A DNA stretch of 64,000 nucleotides from an uncultured Alphaproteobacteria bacterium (GCA_963799325.1 CAWCWS010000004.1:430469-494468), one strand, 5' to 3'. Positions 1-12,169 are shown, numbered from the stretch's first letter. Notes: generated by a model not told the origin, from the sequence alone. A program made the numbers and translations.

Positions 1-244
1 GCGGTGTGCCGCCCAGTTGCATGGACGGGTAACGGTCGATCTTGATGCGGTTGCCGGAGGCCGCTTCGATGGTGTCGGCCCACACGTCGAGAATGAGTTT
101 CGGGACATTGGCCTGAGCGGGCAGGAACTGGTGCAGCTTGAGCGTCACCTCCTGCGCGGCGACGGGGGACGGCACGGCGAGGCAGGCGGCCAGTGCATAT
201 GCACTAACGACCGCTGCGCGGAGTCTATCGGTAAATGATGTCAC
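1..244 (-). CDS. TRAP transporter substrate-binding protein, DctP family (N-terminal fragment, continues past window start)
   Basis: Not in the ORF track because it is open at the window edge. Reverse translation from GTG (242-244) gives [79 protein letters not shown]. This is a signal peptide followed by the conserved DctP N-terminal block. Confidence 0.6.
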   Translation of the reverse strand, partial: MTSFTDRLRAAVVSAYALAACLAVPSPVAAQEVTLKLHQFLPAQANVPKLILDVWADTIEAASGNRIKIDRYPSMQLGGTP

Positions 245-307
245 GATCTGGATCCGTCTCTGGTTGGACCACGCCAGCACCGTCCGGCCGGAACGAGACC
301 CGGAAAA

Positions 308-384
308 TGGTGCACCCGAGTGGATTCGAACCACTGACCCCCGCCTTCGGAGGGCGGTACTCTATCCAGCTGAGCTACGGGTGC
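308..384 (-). tRNA. tRNA-Arg (anticodon CCG)
   Basis: The reverse complement GCACCCGTAGCTCAGCTGGATAGAGTACCGCCCTCCGAAGGCGGGGGTCAGTGGTTCGAATCCACTCGGGTGCACCA folds as a 77-nt cloverleaf. It has a 7-bp acceptor stem GCACCCG/CGGGTGC, an anticodon stem CCGCC/GGCGG with loop CTCCGAA, a T-loop GGTTCGAATCC and an encoded CCA. Confidence 0.92.
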
Positions 385-417
385 GTGGGACTGCTGTAGC
401 GCGGTGAAGCGGCAGCT

Positions 418-1371
418 TCAATAGGGTGGCTGCAATGGAAGGAATGTCACGCAGCCAGAACGCGGCGGGGGTGGAAATGGCCGGCTTCGATCGTCACCAA
501 TGGCCACCAGATCGCCCCGGTGGATGGCGCACACATCGTCTCCTGTGATGGGGGCGTCGCGCCCGCGCAGCAGGATCGCATTGCCGAGGCGCAGTCTGGT
601 CGCCTGATCGGAATCGATCTTGATATGGGTGAACCCGTCCATCGCATCGGCGGGCGAAATCAGCAGTGCATCCAGCACGGAGACATCGCCTTCGGCCTCT
701 TCGAGCGCCGTTTCCAGTCGCGCCAGCGTCACCGCGTCGTCTTCCTCAAACGGTTCGACCCAGGTGCGGCGCAGGTCGGTCACATGGCCGTGGCAGCCCA
801 GGCGTTCACCCATGTCGCGGGCCAGCGCGCGCACATAGGTGCCTTTGCCGCAGACGACTTCGAAGATTGTATGGTCGGTGTCGGGTGTGGCTTGCACAGT
901 CAGCTGTTCGATGTGGACGGTGCGCGGCTCCAGCACTACGTCGCGCCCTGCGCGGGCCTCCGCGTAAGCGCGCTTGCCGTCGATCTTGATGGCGGAGAAT
1001 GCCGGGGGAGTCTGTTCGATCTGGCCGGTGAAGTCCGGCAGCAGCGCCTCGATGGCGTCGCGATCCGGGCGCGCATCGCTTTCGGCAACCACCTCGCCTT
1101 CCCTGTCGTCGGTCGTGGTGGAAAGACCCCAGCGCACGGTGAAGCGATAGGCTTTTCCGCCGTCCGTCACATAGGGCACGGTCTTGGTAGCCTCGCCCAA
1201 GGCAATCGGTAAAAGACCCGTGGCGAGCGGGTCCAAGGTGCCTGCGTGGCCGGCCTTGTTGGCGTCGAACAGCCGCCGCACGCGGGCGACCGCCGGGGTG
1301 GAGCCGAGTTCGTACGGCTTGTCCAGCACCAGCCAGCCGGAAACCGCCCTGCCCTTCTTGCGACGGCCCAA
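418..1371 (-). CDS. truB: tRNA pseudouridine(55) synthase TruB (3' end probably frame-shifted; true stop likely 447-449)
   Basis: TruB motifs are present: GHAGTLDPLATGLLPIALGEATK, PPAFSAIKIDGKRAYE, GKGTYVRALARD. The gene follows rbfA directly. The last ~25 codons look wrong. The alternative frame (ORF 447..647) ends TIEAGHFHPRRVLAA, a typical TruB C-terminus, which implies a +1 switch near 490-500. Confidence 0.9.
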   Translation of the reverse strand: MGRRKKGRAVSGWLVLDKPYELGSTPAVARVRRLFDANKAGHAGTLDPLATGLLPIALGEATKTVPYVTDGGKAYRFTVRWGLSTTTDDREGEVVAESDARPDRDAIEALLPDFTGQIEQTPPAFSAIKIDGKRAYAEARAGRDVVLEPRTVHIEQLTVQATPDTDHTIFEVVCGKGTYVRALARDMGERLGCHGHVTDLRRTWVEPFEEDDAVTLARLETALEEAEGDVSVLDALLISPADAMDGFTHIKIDSDQATRLRLGNAILLRGRDAPITGDDVCAIHRGDLVAIGDDRSRPFPPPPRSGCVTFLPLQPPY

Positions 1372-1374
1372 ATC

Positions 1375-1806
1375 TCAGTCCTCGATACGCGTGTCTGGCC
1401 GGTGGGCAGGCTCGTTGCCGCTGTCCACATCGCGGCGCACGGCATCGGATTTCAGTATGGCATCTATTTTCGCAAAGGCTTCGAAGCTGGTATCGGGGCG
1501 GAAGCGGAAGCCGGGCATGGAGCGCATCTGGTTCAGCATGGGCGCGGCACGCCCGCGCAGGAAAGCGGCATCGGTGGACAGGGCGTCGATCACGGCATCG
1601 AGGTCGCCCTTTCCCAAACTGGAGACGAAACAGGTGGCGATCTTGAGGTCTGCGGTCATGCGCACTTCCGTGATCGAGACCATTTTGGTGTCGATGTTGC
1701 GGCCCGCACGGCTGGGAAGCGTCTCGCGCTGCAACACGTCGGTGAGCGCATGGCGCACCAGTTCGCCGACGCGAAGCTGTCTCTGGGAAGGGCCTTTGTT
1801 CTTCAT
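1375..1806 (-). CDS. rbfA: ribosome-binding factor A
   Basis: This is the internal ATG (M64) of ORF 1375..1995. It gives MKNKGPSQRQLRVGELVRHALTDVL...ITEVRMTADLKIATCFV...MPGFRFRPDTSF, a typical RbfA. The upstream 63 codons of the track ORF are an artefactual extension. Confidence 0.9.
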   Translation of the reverse strand: MKNKGPSQRQLRVGELVRHALTDVLQRETLPSRAGRNIDTKMVSITEVRMTADLKIATCFVSSLGKGDLDAVIDALSTDAAFLRGRAAPMLNQMRSMPGFRFRPDTSFEAFAKIDAILKSDAVRRDVDSGNEPAHRPDTRIED

Positions 1807-1927
1807 ACTACGCAGCTTTGCATGTGTGTATCGTCTGCCCATCTGGGCGTTGAACGGCCAATCGGCAAGTCGCATTATGCTTGTATGTCGCACCCGAAGA
1901 GCGCATAGGGCGCGCGTCATACGCATA

Positions 1928-2110
1928 CCGACCGGGAGAGACTGGCACCACGACGCCAGCGCCGAAGGAGCAACGTCCCGGAAACTCTCAGGCAAAGGGA
2001 CCGGTCGGAAGCAGACATCTGGAGAGCGACGGGTCCGTCAGGGCGCGTCCACCGAAGGAGAAAGCAGCGGCTTTAATCCGCTGCCAAACTCTCAGGTCAA
2101 GCGACAGATG
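1928..2110 (+). promoter_or_regulatory. tandem glycine riboswitch (two aptamers) in the 5' leader of ORF 2194..3459
   Basis: Aptamer 1 (1928-2008) has P1 CCGACCGG/CCGGTCGG and cores GGGAGAG, CGCCGAAGGAGCAA and CTCTCAGGCAAAGGGAC. Aptamer 2 (2016-2110) has P1 CATCTG/CAGATG and cores TGGAGAG, CACCGAAGGAGAAA and CTCTCAGGTCAAGCGACAG. An 83-nt expression platform with GGAGA precedes the ATG at 2194. Confidence 0.85.
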
Positions 2111-2193
2111 GGATCACCGGCTGCAGACTTGCGGCCAGACACCCATGCCGGGCGGACGCTTCGTCCAACCGGTCGCTCTACCTGGAGACCCTT

Positions 2194-3459
2194 ATGAGCC
2201 CTACCCCACGCAAAGAGATCAAGACCGTCGCCGTCATCGGTGCGGGCATCACCGGCATCACCACCTGCGCCTCGCTGCTGGAGCGCGGCTTCGAGGTGAC
2301 CGTCTTCGACCGCAACCGCTATGCGGCGATGGAAACGTCGTTTGCCAATGGCGGGCAGCTATCGGCTTCCAATGCGGAAGTGTGGAACCGCTGGTCGACC
2401 ATCATGAAGGGCATCAAGTGGATGACACGCCCCGGCGCACCGCTGCTCGTGAACCCCAAACCGTCCTGGCACAAATATTCGTGGATGGCGCAGTTCATGG
2501 GTGCCATTCCGAAATATCGCGAGAACACGGTCGAAACCGTGCGGCTGGCGATCGAGGCGCGCAAGCACCTGAAACGCCATGCGGAGCGCGAAGGGTTCGC
2601 CTTCGACGTGGAAGAGCGCGGTATTCTTCACATCTATCGCACCAAGAAAGAGTTCGACCACGCCACCAAGGTCAACGACATGCTGGCCGAAGGGGGCTTG
2701 AGTCGTGAAGCGGTGACGCCCGCGGAAGCCAAGGCGATCGAACCGGCTTTGAGCGACACGTTCATCGGAAACATGCACGGGGCCTATTACACGAACAGCG
2801 ATTTCACCGGCGACATCCACGTCTATGCCCGCAATCTTGGCGACGCCTGCGCGCGCAACGGGGCGACATTCCGTTACGGCGCGAGTGTCGGCAATCTGGC
2901 GGCTGACGGCAACGGAATCACGGTGACGGTGGCCGATAAAGGCGAGCCGGTGCGGGAGCGCTTCGATGCCGTGGTCATCTGCGCCGGGGTCCATTCCCGC
3001 GATCTGGCCGAACAGGTCGGCGACAGGGTCAACATCTATCCCGTCAAAGGCTACAGCGTGACCGTCCAGTTGAACGACGCCGAAAGCCGCAAGGCCGCGC
3101 CGATGGTCAGCCTGCTGGACGATGAAACCAAGATCGTGTCCTCCCGCCTCGGCCCCAACAAGTTCCGCATCGCGGGCACGGCGGAGTTCAACGGCTACAA
3201 CCGCGACATCCGCGACGACCGCGTGCGACCGCTCAACCAGTGGTGCGAAGAACTGTTTCCCGATGTCTCCACGGAGCATTCCGTGCCGTGGGCAGGTCTG
3301 CGTCCGATGATGCCGACCATGCTGCCCCGTGTGGGCGAGGGAAACCGCCCCGGCGTGTTCTACAATACGGGCCACGGCCATCTCGGCTGGACGCTTTCGG
3401 CAGCGACCGCGGAGATCGTGGCCGAAACGGTGATGGCGAAATCACGCGCCAATATCTAA
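2194..3459 (+). CDS. FAD-dependent oxidoreductase, D-amino-acid dehydrogenase (DadA) family
   Basis: 421-aa intact ORF with an N-terminal Rossmann motif VAVIGAGITGITTC. It has DadA-like blocks (FANGGQLS, VKGYS, RPMMP, FYNTGHGHLGWT) and a good SD (GGAGA). Confidence 0.85.
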   Translation: MSPTPRKEIKTVAVIGAGITGITTCASLLERGFEVTVFDRNRYAAMETSFANGGQLSASNAEVWNRWSTIMKGIKWMTRPGAPLLVNPKPSWHKYSWMAQFMGAIPKYRENTVETVRLAIEARKHLKRHAEREGFAFDVEERGILHIYRTKKEFDHATKVNDMLAEGGLSREAVTPAEAKAIEPALSDTFIGNMHGAYYTNSDFTGDIHVYARNLGDACARNGATFRYGASVGNLAADGNGITVTVADKGEPVRERFDAVVICAGVHSRDLAEQVGDRVNIYPVKGYSVTVQLNDAESRKAAPMVSLLDDETKIVSSRLGPNKFRIAGTAEFNGYNRDIRDDRVRPLNQWCEELFPDVSTEHSVPWAGLRPMMPTMLPRVGEGNRPGVFYNTGHGHLGWTLSAATAEIVAETVMAKSRANI

Positions 3460-3483
3460 AACGGTTCAGAACCTGGTTCAATC

Positions 3484-3519
3484 GGTCGCGGACACTCCGG
3501 TCTGCGACCTTTGCATTTT
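3484..3519 (+). terminator. possible rho-independent terminator after the DadA-like gene
   Basis: Imperfect stem GGTCGCGGAC / GGTCTGCGACC with a 5-nt loop, followed by TTTGCATTTT. Confidence 0.4.
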
Positions 3520-3658
3520 CCGCCCGTCATGCTTCATGCAGCGTCAACGCCGTTCCGGCGTTGGAATTTGGGTAGAGACGATTCGTCGCAAGTTCAGAGT
3601 GTCGGTTCGGTTGTCGCTACCCGCGTGCCCTGCCGCCCACTCTTGAACGGACTTTCTC

Positions 3659-6600
3659 ATGCCCGCCTCCACGACCGCAATGCCAGACGAAACGACCGCC
3701 ATCCCCGCTTTCGACACCGCGCCGGGTCTGGATCGGTCTCAGGCCTTTCTGTCTCACGCCGACCTGCGGGAAGCCGGTGCCAGTCTCATCCGCAACGACA
3801 GGGCGGACTGGGCGCAGTTGCGCTCGTTCAAGCTGGCGGACACCCAGCGCGCGGCACGGGGTACGATCACGCGGGTCTATCAGGCCTGCTTCAAGGCAGC
3901 CGAAGAGAAGGAACTGCTGACGCCGGCGGCCGAATGGCTGATCGACAATTTCTTCCTGATCGACGGGGCGATGCGGCAGGCGCGGGAATCCCTGTCGGCG
4001 AAATTCGTCTCGCAACTGCCCACCATGAAGGTGGAAGGCGGAACGGACGTGCCCCGCGTGCTGGCGCTGGCCTGGCTGATCGTGCGCCATTCCCATTGCA
4101 ATGTGAGCGAGGAGCGGGTCACGGCGGCGGTCGATGGGGCCCAGTCCGTCATACCGCTACAGATCGGCGAATTGTGGGCTCTGCCCTCCTTCCTGCGTCT
4201 CGTGCTGGTGCAGGAATTGCAAGGGGTGGCGGAAGCCATCGAGAACACCCGCGCGATGCGCGCCAAGGCCGACAGCGTGGCCGATGCGGTTCTGAAAACG
4301 GAAGACGAGCACGAACGTCTGGCCATCGTCGAGCGCAACCGGGCGCTGATGGCCGACAACGCTTTCGCCGCCCAGATGCTCTACCGCCTGCGCGGGGCGA
4401 CGATCGGCATGACCGCCATCATCGACTGGCTGGAAAAGACGCTGGACGACCGGGGCCTCGACGGGCTGGAAGTGCAGATCGTCGAGCAGAACCGGCTGTC
4501 TGCGGGCAATGTGCGGATCGGGTCTATCATTCAGTCCCTGCGCGGGCTGGACGACATCGACTGGCTGGAATGGTTTTCCGGCGTCTCGCTGGTGGACCGG
4601 CTGCTGGCCGAACGCACCGACTACGCAGCCCTCGATTTCAACTCGCAGGACCGCTACCGCAACGCGATCGAGGAACTGGCGCGGCAATCGAAGCTGCCGG
4701 AAGTGGAAGTGGCCAGCCGCGCCACCGACAAGGCCGATGAGGAAGGCCGCAACGTCGGCTACTATTTCGTCGCCGCCGGGCGGGAGCAGTTCGAGCCGAT
4801 CATCGGGGCCGATGTACCGTGGCAGCGTCGCTTCAAGCGCACCTATCGCAAGCTCGGCTGGCTCTCCATCGCCGGGCCGATCGTTCTCATCACGCTGTTG
4901 GTCATTGCCATATGGTCCGTCATTCTCGGCAATGCGGGTCTGGGGCTGGGCGGCGTGATCGTGCTGTCCCTGCTGGCCGCCGTTCCGGCGAGCGAGGCCG
5001 CGACCGGTCTGTTCAACACGCTGGTGACATTCCTCAAATCTCCGTCGCGACTGGTGGGTTATGCCTACAAGCGCGGGGTGCCGGAAGCGGCACGCACGCT
5101 CGTCGTCGTGCCGGTTCTCATCACCTCGCGCGACGGGGTGGACGAGACGATCCGCAACCTGGAAGTGCATTACCTGTCCCACACGCAGGGCTTCATCGAC
5201 TTCGCCATTTCGTCCGACTGGGCCGACAGCGATCATGAGATCGACGAGCGCGACCGCGACCTGCTGGCCTATGCCCAGAACGCCGTCGATGAACTGGCCG
5301 CCAAATACGCCCATACGGGACGCACCCGCTTCTTCCTGTTCCATCGCCGTCGCCTGTGGAACGAGCGCGAGGGCGTGTGGATGGGCTGGGAGCGCAAGCG
5401 CGGCAAGCTGCTCGAACTGAACCTGTTGCTGCGCGGGGACGAGGACACGACCTACATGTCCCCCGCCGCTCCGCCGCCTGCGGGCGTGGTGCATGTGATG
5501 ACGCTGGACAGCGATACGCGCCTGACCCGCGATGCGGTGACGCGCCTTGTGGGCCGCATGACCCATCCGCTCAACCAGCCGGTTTTCGACCCGAAATCCG
5601 GTCGTGTGACGCGAAGGCTACGCGATCATGCAGCCGCGGGTGACGCCCTCGCTGACATCGGGGGAGGAAGCCTCGCTGTTCCAGCGCATCTTCTCGGCCA
5701 ACCGGGGTCTCGACCCTTATGTGTTCACCGTCTCCGATGTCTATCAGGATCTAACAGCGGAAGGTTCGTTCACCGGCAAGGGTCTTTATCATGTCGACGC
5801 CTTCACCGCCGCGCTGAAAGACGTTCACGAGGACAATTCGGTGCTGTCCCACGACCTGCTGGAAGGCACGATCGCCCGCGCCGCGCTGGTGACGGATGTG
5901 GAACTGGTGGAGGATTTTCCGACCCGTTACGAGGTGGAGGCCTCACGCCAACACCGCTGGACCCGTGGCGACTGGCAATTGCTGCCTTTCATTCTCGGCA
6001 CCGGCTCGAAGGTGATGGACAAGCCGCGCCATGCGGTCTCCGCGCTCGGGCGCTGGAAGATGTTCGACAATCTGCGCCGCACGATGGTGCCCGGCGCCTT
6101 CTGGCTGGCCAGCGTGATCGGCTGGTGCGTTTTATCGCCGGGTCTGGCGCTGGCATGGCAGGCGGCACTGGTGCTGTCGCTGTTCGTGTCGCCGACGCTC
6201 GGCCTGTTGCGCGGCGTCATGCCATCGATCACCACCGAAATCGTGCAGCGCACCCATTGGCGGGCCGTGATGTCCGAAATCGTTTCGGCCACCTTGCAGG
6301 TCATCCTGCGTATCGTCTTCATTCCCCATTCCGCATGGATGCTCATAGACGGCGCGGCGCGCGCCCTGTGGCGCACGTTCGTATCCGGCCGGCACATGCT
6401 GGAATGGAAATCGGCGGCACAGGTGCAGGCCTTCGCCGGGGTGTGGGATTATTTCCGCTTCATGCGCGGCGGGCTGCTGCTGACGGCCATCGGTCTGACG
6501 GCGACTGCGGCGCTCGCACCGCAAACCCTGTTTCTCGCCGTGCCGTTCTCCTTCGTCTGGTTCGCCTCACCCTTCTTTGCATGGGCGGTAAGTCAGTCTG

Positions 6601-9600
6601 CCGAAACCGAGGACCGGCTGGAAGTGTCGCCGGAAGACCGCCGCGAATTGCGCAAGATCGCGCGCCGCACATGGTCCTATTTCGAGACCTTCGTCACGGC
6701 GGACGATAACTACCTTCCGCCGGACAACTTTCAGGAAGACCCGGCCCCGGCCATCGCCCACCGCACGAGCCCGACCAATATCGGGCTCTATCTGCTGTCC
6801 GTCATTTCGGCGCGGGATTTCGGCTGGATTTCCATGACCGACACCCTGTCGCGGCTGGAGGACACACTCGATACCGTCGACAAGATGGAGAAGCATAAAG
6901 GCCATCTGCTGAACTGGTACAATACACGGACGCTGGCACCATTGCTGCCGAAATACGTGTCCGCCGTGGACAGCGGCAATCTGGCCGGACATCTGATCGC
7001 GCTCGCGTCCACCTGTCGCGACTGGGCGGAAGTGCCCACCGCCCATGTGCAGAGCGACACACGCGGCCTGGCCGATGTCGCCAACGTCTTGCAGGAGGAA
7101 TTGAACAAGGTGCCGGACGACCGGCGTGCGGTGCGTCCGTTGCGGGCAAAACTGACCGCGCAGATCGAAGGGTTCCAGCGGGCGGTGGACGCTCTCATCA
7201 AGGAGCCGGAATACGCGGCCATCCGCACCGAGAACATCAGTTCGCTGGCTGCGACGATTTCCCGTTTGGCGGGCGATCTGCACCATGACGTGCAGTTGTC
7301 GGAATCGGCAGGTGTCGTGGAATGGGCAACGACGCTGGAAAAGGCGTGCAGGAACGTCGATGCCGATGCCTCGCTGGAACAGATCGATGTGGACCATTTG
7401 CGGACACGCCTGTCCACGCTGGGAGAACGGGCGCGCAAGGCTGCCTTCGACATGAACTTCAAGTTCCTGATGAACGAGGAGCGTCGTCTGCTGTCGATCG
7501 GCTACCGGGTCGAAGAAAACGATCTCGACGAGAGCTGCTACGATCTGCTGGCCTCCGAAGCACGGCTGACCTCGCTGTTCGCCATCGCCAAGGGCGATTT
7601 GCCCACCGAACACTGGTTCCGCCTCGGTCGCACGGTGCTGTCCATCGGCTCCCGCGGGGCGCTGGTTTCGTGGTCCGGTTCGATGTTCGAATATCTCATG
7701 CCGCCCCTCGTCATGCAGGAGCAGGTGGGCGGTATTCTCAACCAGACCAACCGCCTCGTGGTGCGTCGCCAGATCGAATATGGCCGCGAGAACAACGTGC
7801 CGTGGGGCATTTCGGAAGCGGCTTTCAACGCCCGCGACCGGGAGATGACCTATCAATATTCCAATTTCGGCGTGCCGTCGCTGGGCATGAAGCGCGGGCT
7901 GGGGGCCGATCTGGTGATCGCGCCCTACGCCTCGTTGCTGGCCGCGCAATACGACCCGGCCGCCGCCGTCGCCAACCTGCGTCATCTGGCGCGGCTCGGT
8001 GCACTGGGACGCTACGGTTATTACGACGCTGTCGATTTTACCCCATCGCGGGTGCCGGAAGGCGAAAAGCATGCGGTGGTGAAGAACTTCATGGCGCATC
8101 ACCACGGCATGTCGATCCTGTCTGTCGCCAACGTGCTGTTTCACGGGCGGCTGCGGGAGCGGTTCCACTCCGACCCGGTCATCGAATCCGCCGAATTGCT
8201 GTTGCAGGAAAAGGCACCACGGGAAGTGCCGGTTCAGGCCGCCCGTCAGGTGGAGGCCGACCCGACGCTGGGCCGTGCGGAAGGCGCCGGTGGGTCCTAC
8301 CGTTCCATCGACTCACCGTCCTCCACGGACCGTGCCGTCAACCTGCTGTCGAACGGCCACTACGCACTCATGCTCAATGCCACCGGTTCCGGCCACGCCT
8401 CGTGGAACGGTCTTGCCGTCACACGCTGGCGGCCCGACCAGGTGGAAGACGACTGGGGCACGTTCCTGTTCCTGCGCGATATGGACAGCGGCGTGTGGTG
8501 GTCGACCACAACCACACCGCGCACTGTTAAAGGTGAGCAGACGCATACTGTCTTTTCCGATTCCAAAGCGGAGTTCCACAAGCGTGTGGGAACGCTCACC
8601 AGCCAGGTGGACGTTATCGTCGGCACAGAGGCGGACGCCGAAGGGCGCTGCCTGACGCTGACCAACGAGGGCGATAGCGACCGCACCATCGAGGTCACGT
8701 CCTATGCCGAGCCGGTCATTTCCGCCTCCGACGCCGACGAGGCGCACCCGGCCTTTTCGAAAATGTTCATCGAAACCCGCATTTCCGACGAGGGCCACGC
8801 GATTTTCGCCGAACGCAACAAGCGTCGCCCGGGTGAACCGGACATGTCGATCGCCCATATGGTGACCGGATTTCGGGTCCGGCGACCGGGAGACGCAGGC
8901 CGAAACCGACCGCCGTCGCTTCATCGGTCGTGGTCGGCAACTCGCCCATGCGGCCGCGTTCGACGCCGGTGCCAAACTGTCCGGCACCGACGGCTTCACA
9001 CTCGATGCCTGCCTGTCGCTCCGCCGCACGGTGCGGGTGCCTGCGGGTAAATCGGTGCGGCTGATCTTCTGGACCATCGCCGCCCCGAACGCTGCGGAAG
9101 TGGAGATGGCAGTCGCCAATTATGCCCAGCCGGAAGCCTTCGAACGCGAGGCCATGCATGCCTGGACCCGCAGCCAGGTGCAGTTGCGCCATGTGGAAGT
9201 CGACCCCGACGAGGCGACTGTCTTCCAGCGTCTTGCCGGTTATCTCGCCTACCCGTCCCGCGCGTTGAATTCCGGTGCGAAACCGGACGACCTGCGCCCG
9301 CAATCGGCGCTCTGGTCCGTCTCCATCTCCGGCGATTTCCCGATGCTGGTGCTGCGGATCGATGCCGACGCCGATATCGAGATCGTCCGCAAGGCCATTC
9401 GCGCGCAGGAATTCTTCCGCTCACGCGGTCTGATGGCCGATCTCGTCATCATCAACGAACAGGCATCCTCCTACGCGCAGGATTTGCAGAACCGCATCGA
9501 CGCGTTGCGGGAAAACGCCATGCGCCGTGGCATCGGGGCCACCGCGCAACCGCACATATTCGCTCTACGCAAGGATTTGATGGACGCGCAGGTCTACAAC

Positions 9601-12169
9601 GCCATCATGTCTGCCGCCAGGGCGGTATTCCATGCCCGCAACGGCAAGTTCTCGACCCAGATCGAGCGTGTCGAAGCGCGGCTTGCGGAATTGCGCGGGG
9701 AGAAGACCAGCGGTGTCTACGGTCCGATCGCCCAGCCTTCGCGCGCCCAAGCCGTCGAGGTCGCGGAAGTCGACGGCGATGGCCTCGCCTTCTGGAACGG
9801 GTTCGGCGGCTTCGATGCGAAGGCGCGCGAATATGTTGTGCGCCTGCCCTCGGGTCAGGCCACGCCCCAGCCGTGGGTCAACGTCATGTCGAACGAGCGG
9901 TTCGGCGGGCATATCTCGGCTGAGGGAGCAGGCTTCACGTGGTCGGCGAACTCCCGCGACTACCAGCTCACACCCTGGTCGAACGATGCCGTGGTCAACC
10001 GGCCCGGCGAGGCGTTCTATCTGGTGGACAGCGATTCCGGTCGCGTGTTCTCGCCGCTCGCTTCCTTCGGCACATGGCCGGGCGCGACCTTCGAGGCACG
10101 CCACGGCATGGGCTACAGCCGGTTCACGCGGCGCGGATCCACCTTGGACATCGAATTGCTGCAGACGGTTGCCGCGGACGATGCAGCGAAGGTCTCGAAA
10201 CTGACGATCACCAATAACGGTCCGAAGCGGCGCAACTTCACCGCCACAGGTTACGTGGAGTGGGTGCTGGGCAACAGCCGCGCCAAGACCGCGCCTTATA
10301 TCGTATGCGAGGCGACGAACGGCAGCCTGACGGCGACCAACCCTTTCAGCGTGGAATTTCCCGGCCGTGTCGCTTGGTTGGCTACCGATGGCGCGGACGT
10401 TTCCCATTGCGCCAGCCGGTCGGATTTCATCGGCTCCGGCACGGTATGGCAACCGGATGCGATTGCCGGCGGCGCGCCGCTGGGCAATACGCACGGGACG
10501 CAGGGCGACCCGTGCGCGGCACTCAGCGTGCCTTTCGCGCTGGAGCCGGGCGACAGCCATTCCATCACGTTCGTGCTGGGCGATACGCCGCCTGAAGGCG
10601 ATGCCGCGATGGACGCGAAAGACGCGCTTGCCGTCCCGATGGACGAGCGGCTGACCGCTGTCGGCGATGTGTGGAACGACACGCTGGCCACGCTGCAGGT
10701 GGAAACGCCGGACCCGGCCTTCGACGTGATGGTCAACCACTGGTTGCCCTATCAATCCATCGCCTGCCGCATCATGGCGCGCTCCGCGTTCTATCAGGCC
10801 TCCGGCGCGTTCGGCTTCCGCGACCAGTTGCAGGACACGCTGGCCTTCCTGCTGCAGGATCCGTCACTGGCACGCGCGCAGATACTGAACGCTGCGGGGC
10901 GGCAATTCCCGGAAGGGGATTTCCAGCACTGGTGGTTGCCAAAAACCGGCGCCGGTGTCCGCACCATGATCTCGGACGATGTGGTATGGCTCGCCTACGG
11001 CGTGACGCATTATGTGGACGTGACCGGCGACGACAGCGTTCTGGACGAACAGATCCCGTTCATCGAAGGGCCGGAGCTGCCGGAAGGCAAGCACGACATG
11101 TTCTTCCAGCCGACAACGTCCGACCGTTCGGTCAGCGTTTACGAACACGCAGCGCTTGCGCTTGAACTTGCGATCAAGCGCACCGGCCAGCACGGCCTGC
11201 CGCTGATGCTGGGCGGGGACTGGAACGACGGAATGGACAGGGTCGGCGAAGCGGGTAAAGGCGAAAGCGTCTGGCTCGGCTGGTTCCTGGCCGCCGCGCT
11301 GGACCGTTTCACACCCGTCGCCCGATCCCGTGGGGATGACGCGCGGGTCGAACTCTTCGAGGCCCATGCTCCCAAGCTGAAAGAGGCGCTGGAAGGCCCC
11401 GGCTGGGACGGGGAGAACTACAAGCGCGGCTATTTCGATAATGGCGCACCGTTGGGCTCGAAAGACAGCGACGAATGCCGCATCGACTCCATCGCCCAAA
11501 GCTGGTCGGTGCTGTCCGGCCTCGGTGACGAGGAGCGCATCAACTCGGCGATGGACCGCGTGTCCGACGTGCTGGTGCGGGACGATCTCGACATCGTGCA
11601 GCTGTTCACACCGCCGTTTGCCCATACGCCCAACGAGCCGGGCTATATCAAGGGGTATCCGCCCGGGGTGCGCGAGAATGGCGGGCAATACACCCATGCC
11701 GCCACTTGGGTCGTGTATGCGCTGGCCGAACTGGGGCGGTCCGAACAGGCCTACGACGCCTTTTGCGAAACTCAACCCGGTCAATCATGCGCTGACGAAG
11801 GACGCCGCCGAAACCTACAGGGTCGAGCCCTACGTGGTCGCCGCCGACATCTATTCGTCGGGCACTGATGGCGATTTCTCATGGGGTGAAGGGCGCGGCG
11901 GTCGCGGCGGCTGGACATGGTACACCGGCTCGGGCGGCTGGCTTTACCGCGCCGGTGTGGAGGCCATTCTCGGCCTGCGCCGCAAGGGCGACCGCATGAT
12001 CGTCAAGCCATGCCTGCCGGATGAATGGCCGGGCTTCGACGCGGAACTGAAACTGGACGGGGCAACCTATGCCATTCAGGTGCAACGCAAGAAGGCTGGC
12101 GGTTATGCGGTGAAGGTCGATGGAAAGGCGGTGCGTGATCCCCTGAAAGGATTTGCTTTGACCGGCTGA
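3659..12169 (+). pseudogene. ndvB: cyclic beta-1,2-glucan synthase (NdvB/ChvB/Cgs), frame-disrupted as assembled
   Basis: Four consecutive ORF pieces start at 3659, 5628, 9031 and 11441 (coordinates mod 3 = 2,0,1,2). Together they read as one protein of ~2,830 aa. The membrane/glycosyltransferase part has DSDTRLTRDAV, QPRVTPSL and QHRWTRGDWQLLPF. The C-terminal glucan phosphorylase-like part has RFGGHISAEGAGFTWS, FGFRDQLQD, GDWNDGM and GGWTWYTGSGGWLYRAG. Frame switches lie near 5.61, 8.87 and 11.76 kb. Confidence 0.9.

Noticed and set aside
244-420. tRNA-Arg as an integration hotspot with a flanking genomic island.
   Set aside because: There is no integrase, no direct repeat of the tRNA 3' end and no compositional shift on either side. 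Ordinary housekeeping genes (dctP, truB) flank the tRNA.
4157-5566. Long antisense or out-of-frame ORFs inside GC-rich genes. Examples: 4157..5566(-), 6567..8168(-), 12187..14154(-), 15961..17232(+), 36627..38030(+), 44088..46097(+), 49008..50882(+), 50906..52084(+), 52147..53943(-), 58015..59727(-), 61742..63595(-).
   Set aside because: They are shadow ORFs typical of high-GC DNA. Their composition is Arg/Gly/Ala/His-rich and low in complexity, with no recognisable motifs. Each is fully overlapped by an ORF on the other strand or frame that has strong family signatures.
3659-12169. Treating the ndvB pieces as separate genes, or explaining the splits by programmed ribosomal frameshifting. The same applies to the polA, CYP102, hydA and M20 pieces.
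   Set aside because: The pieces are consecutive segments of single well-known proteins with no missing domains. The switches are too numerous, occur in unrelated genes and show no common slippery heptamer or downstream structure. Indels, probably technical, are the simpler explanation.
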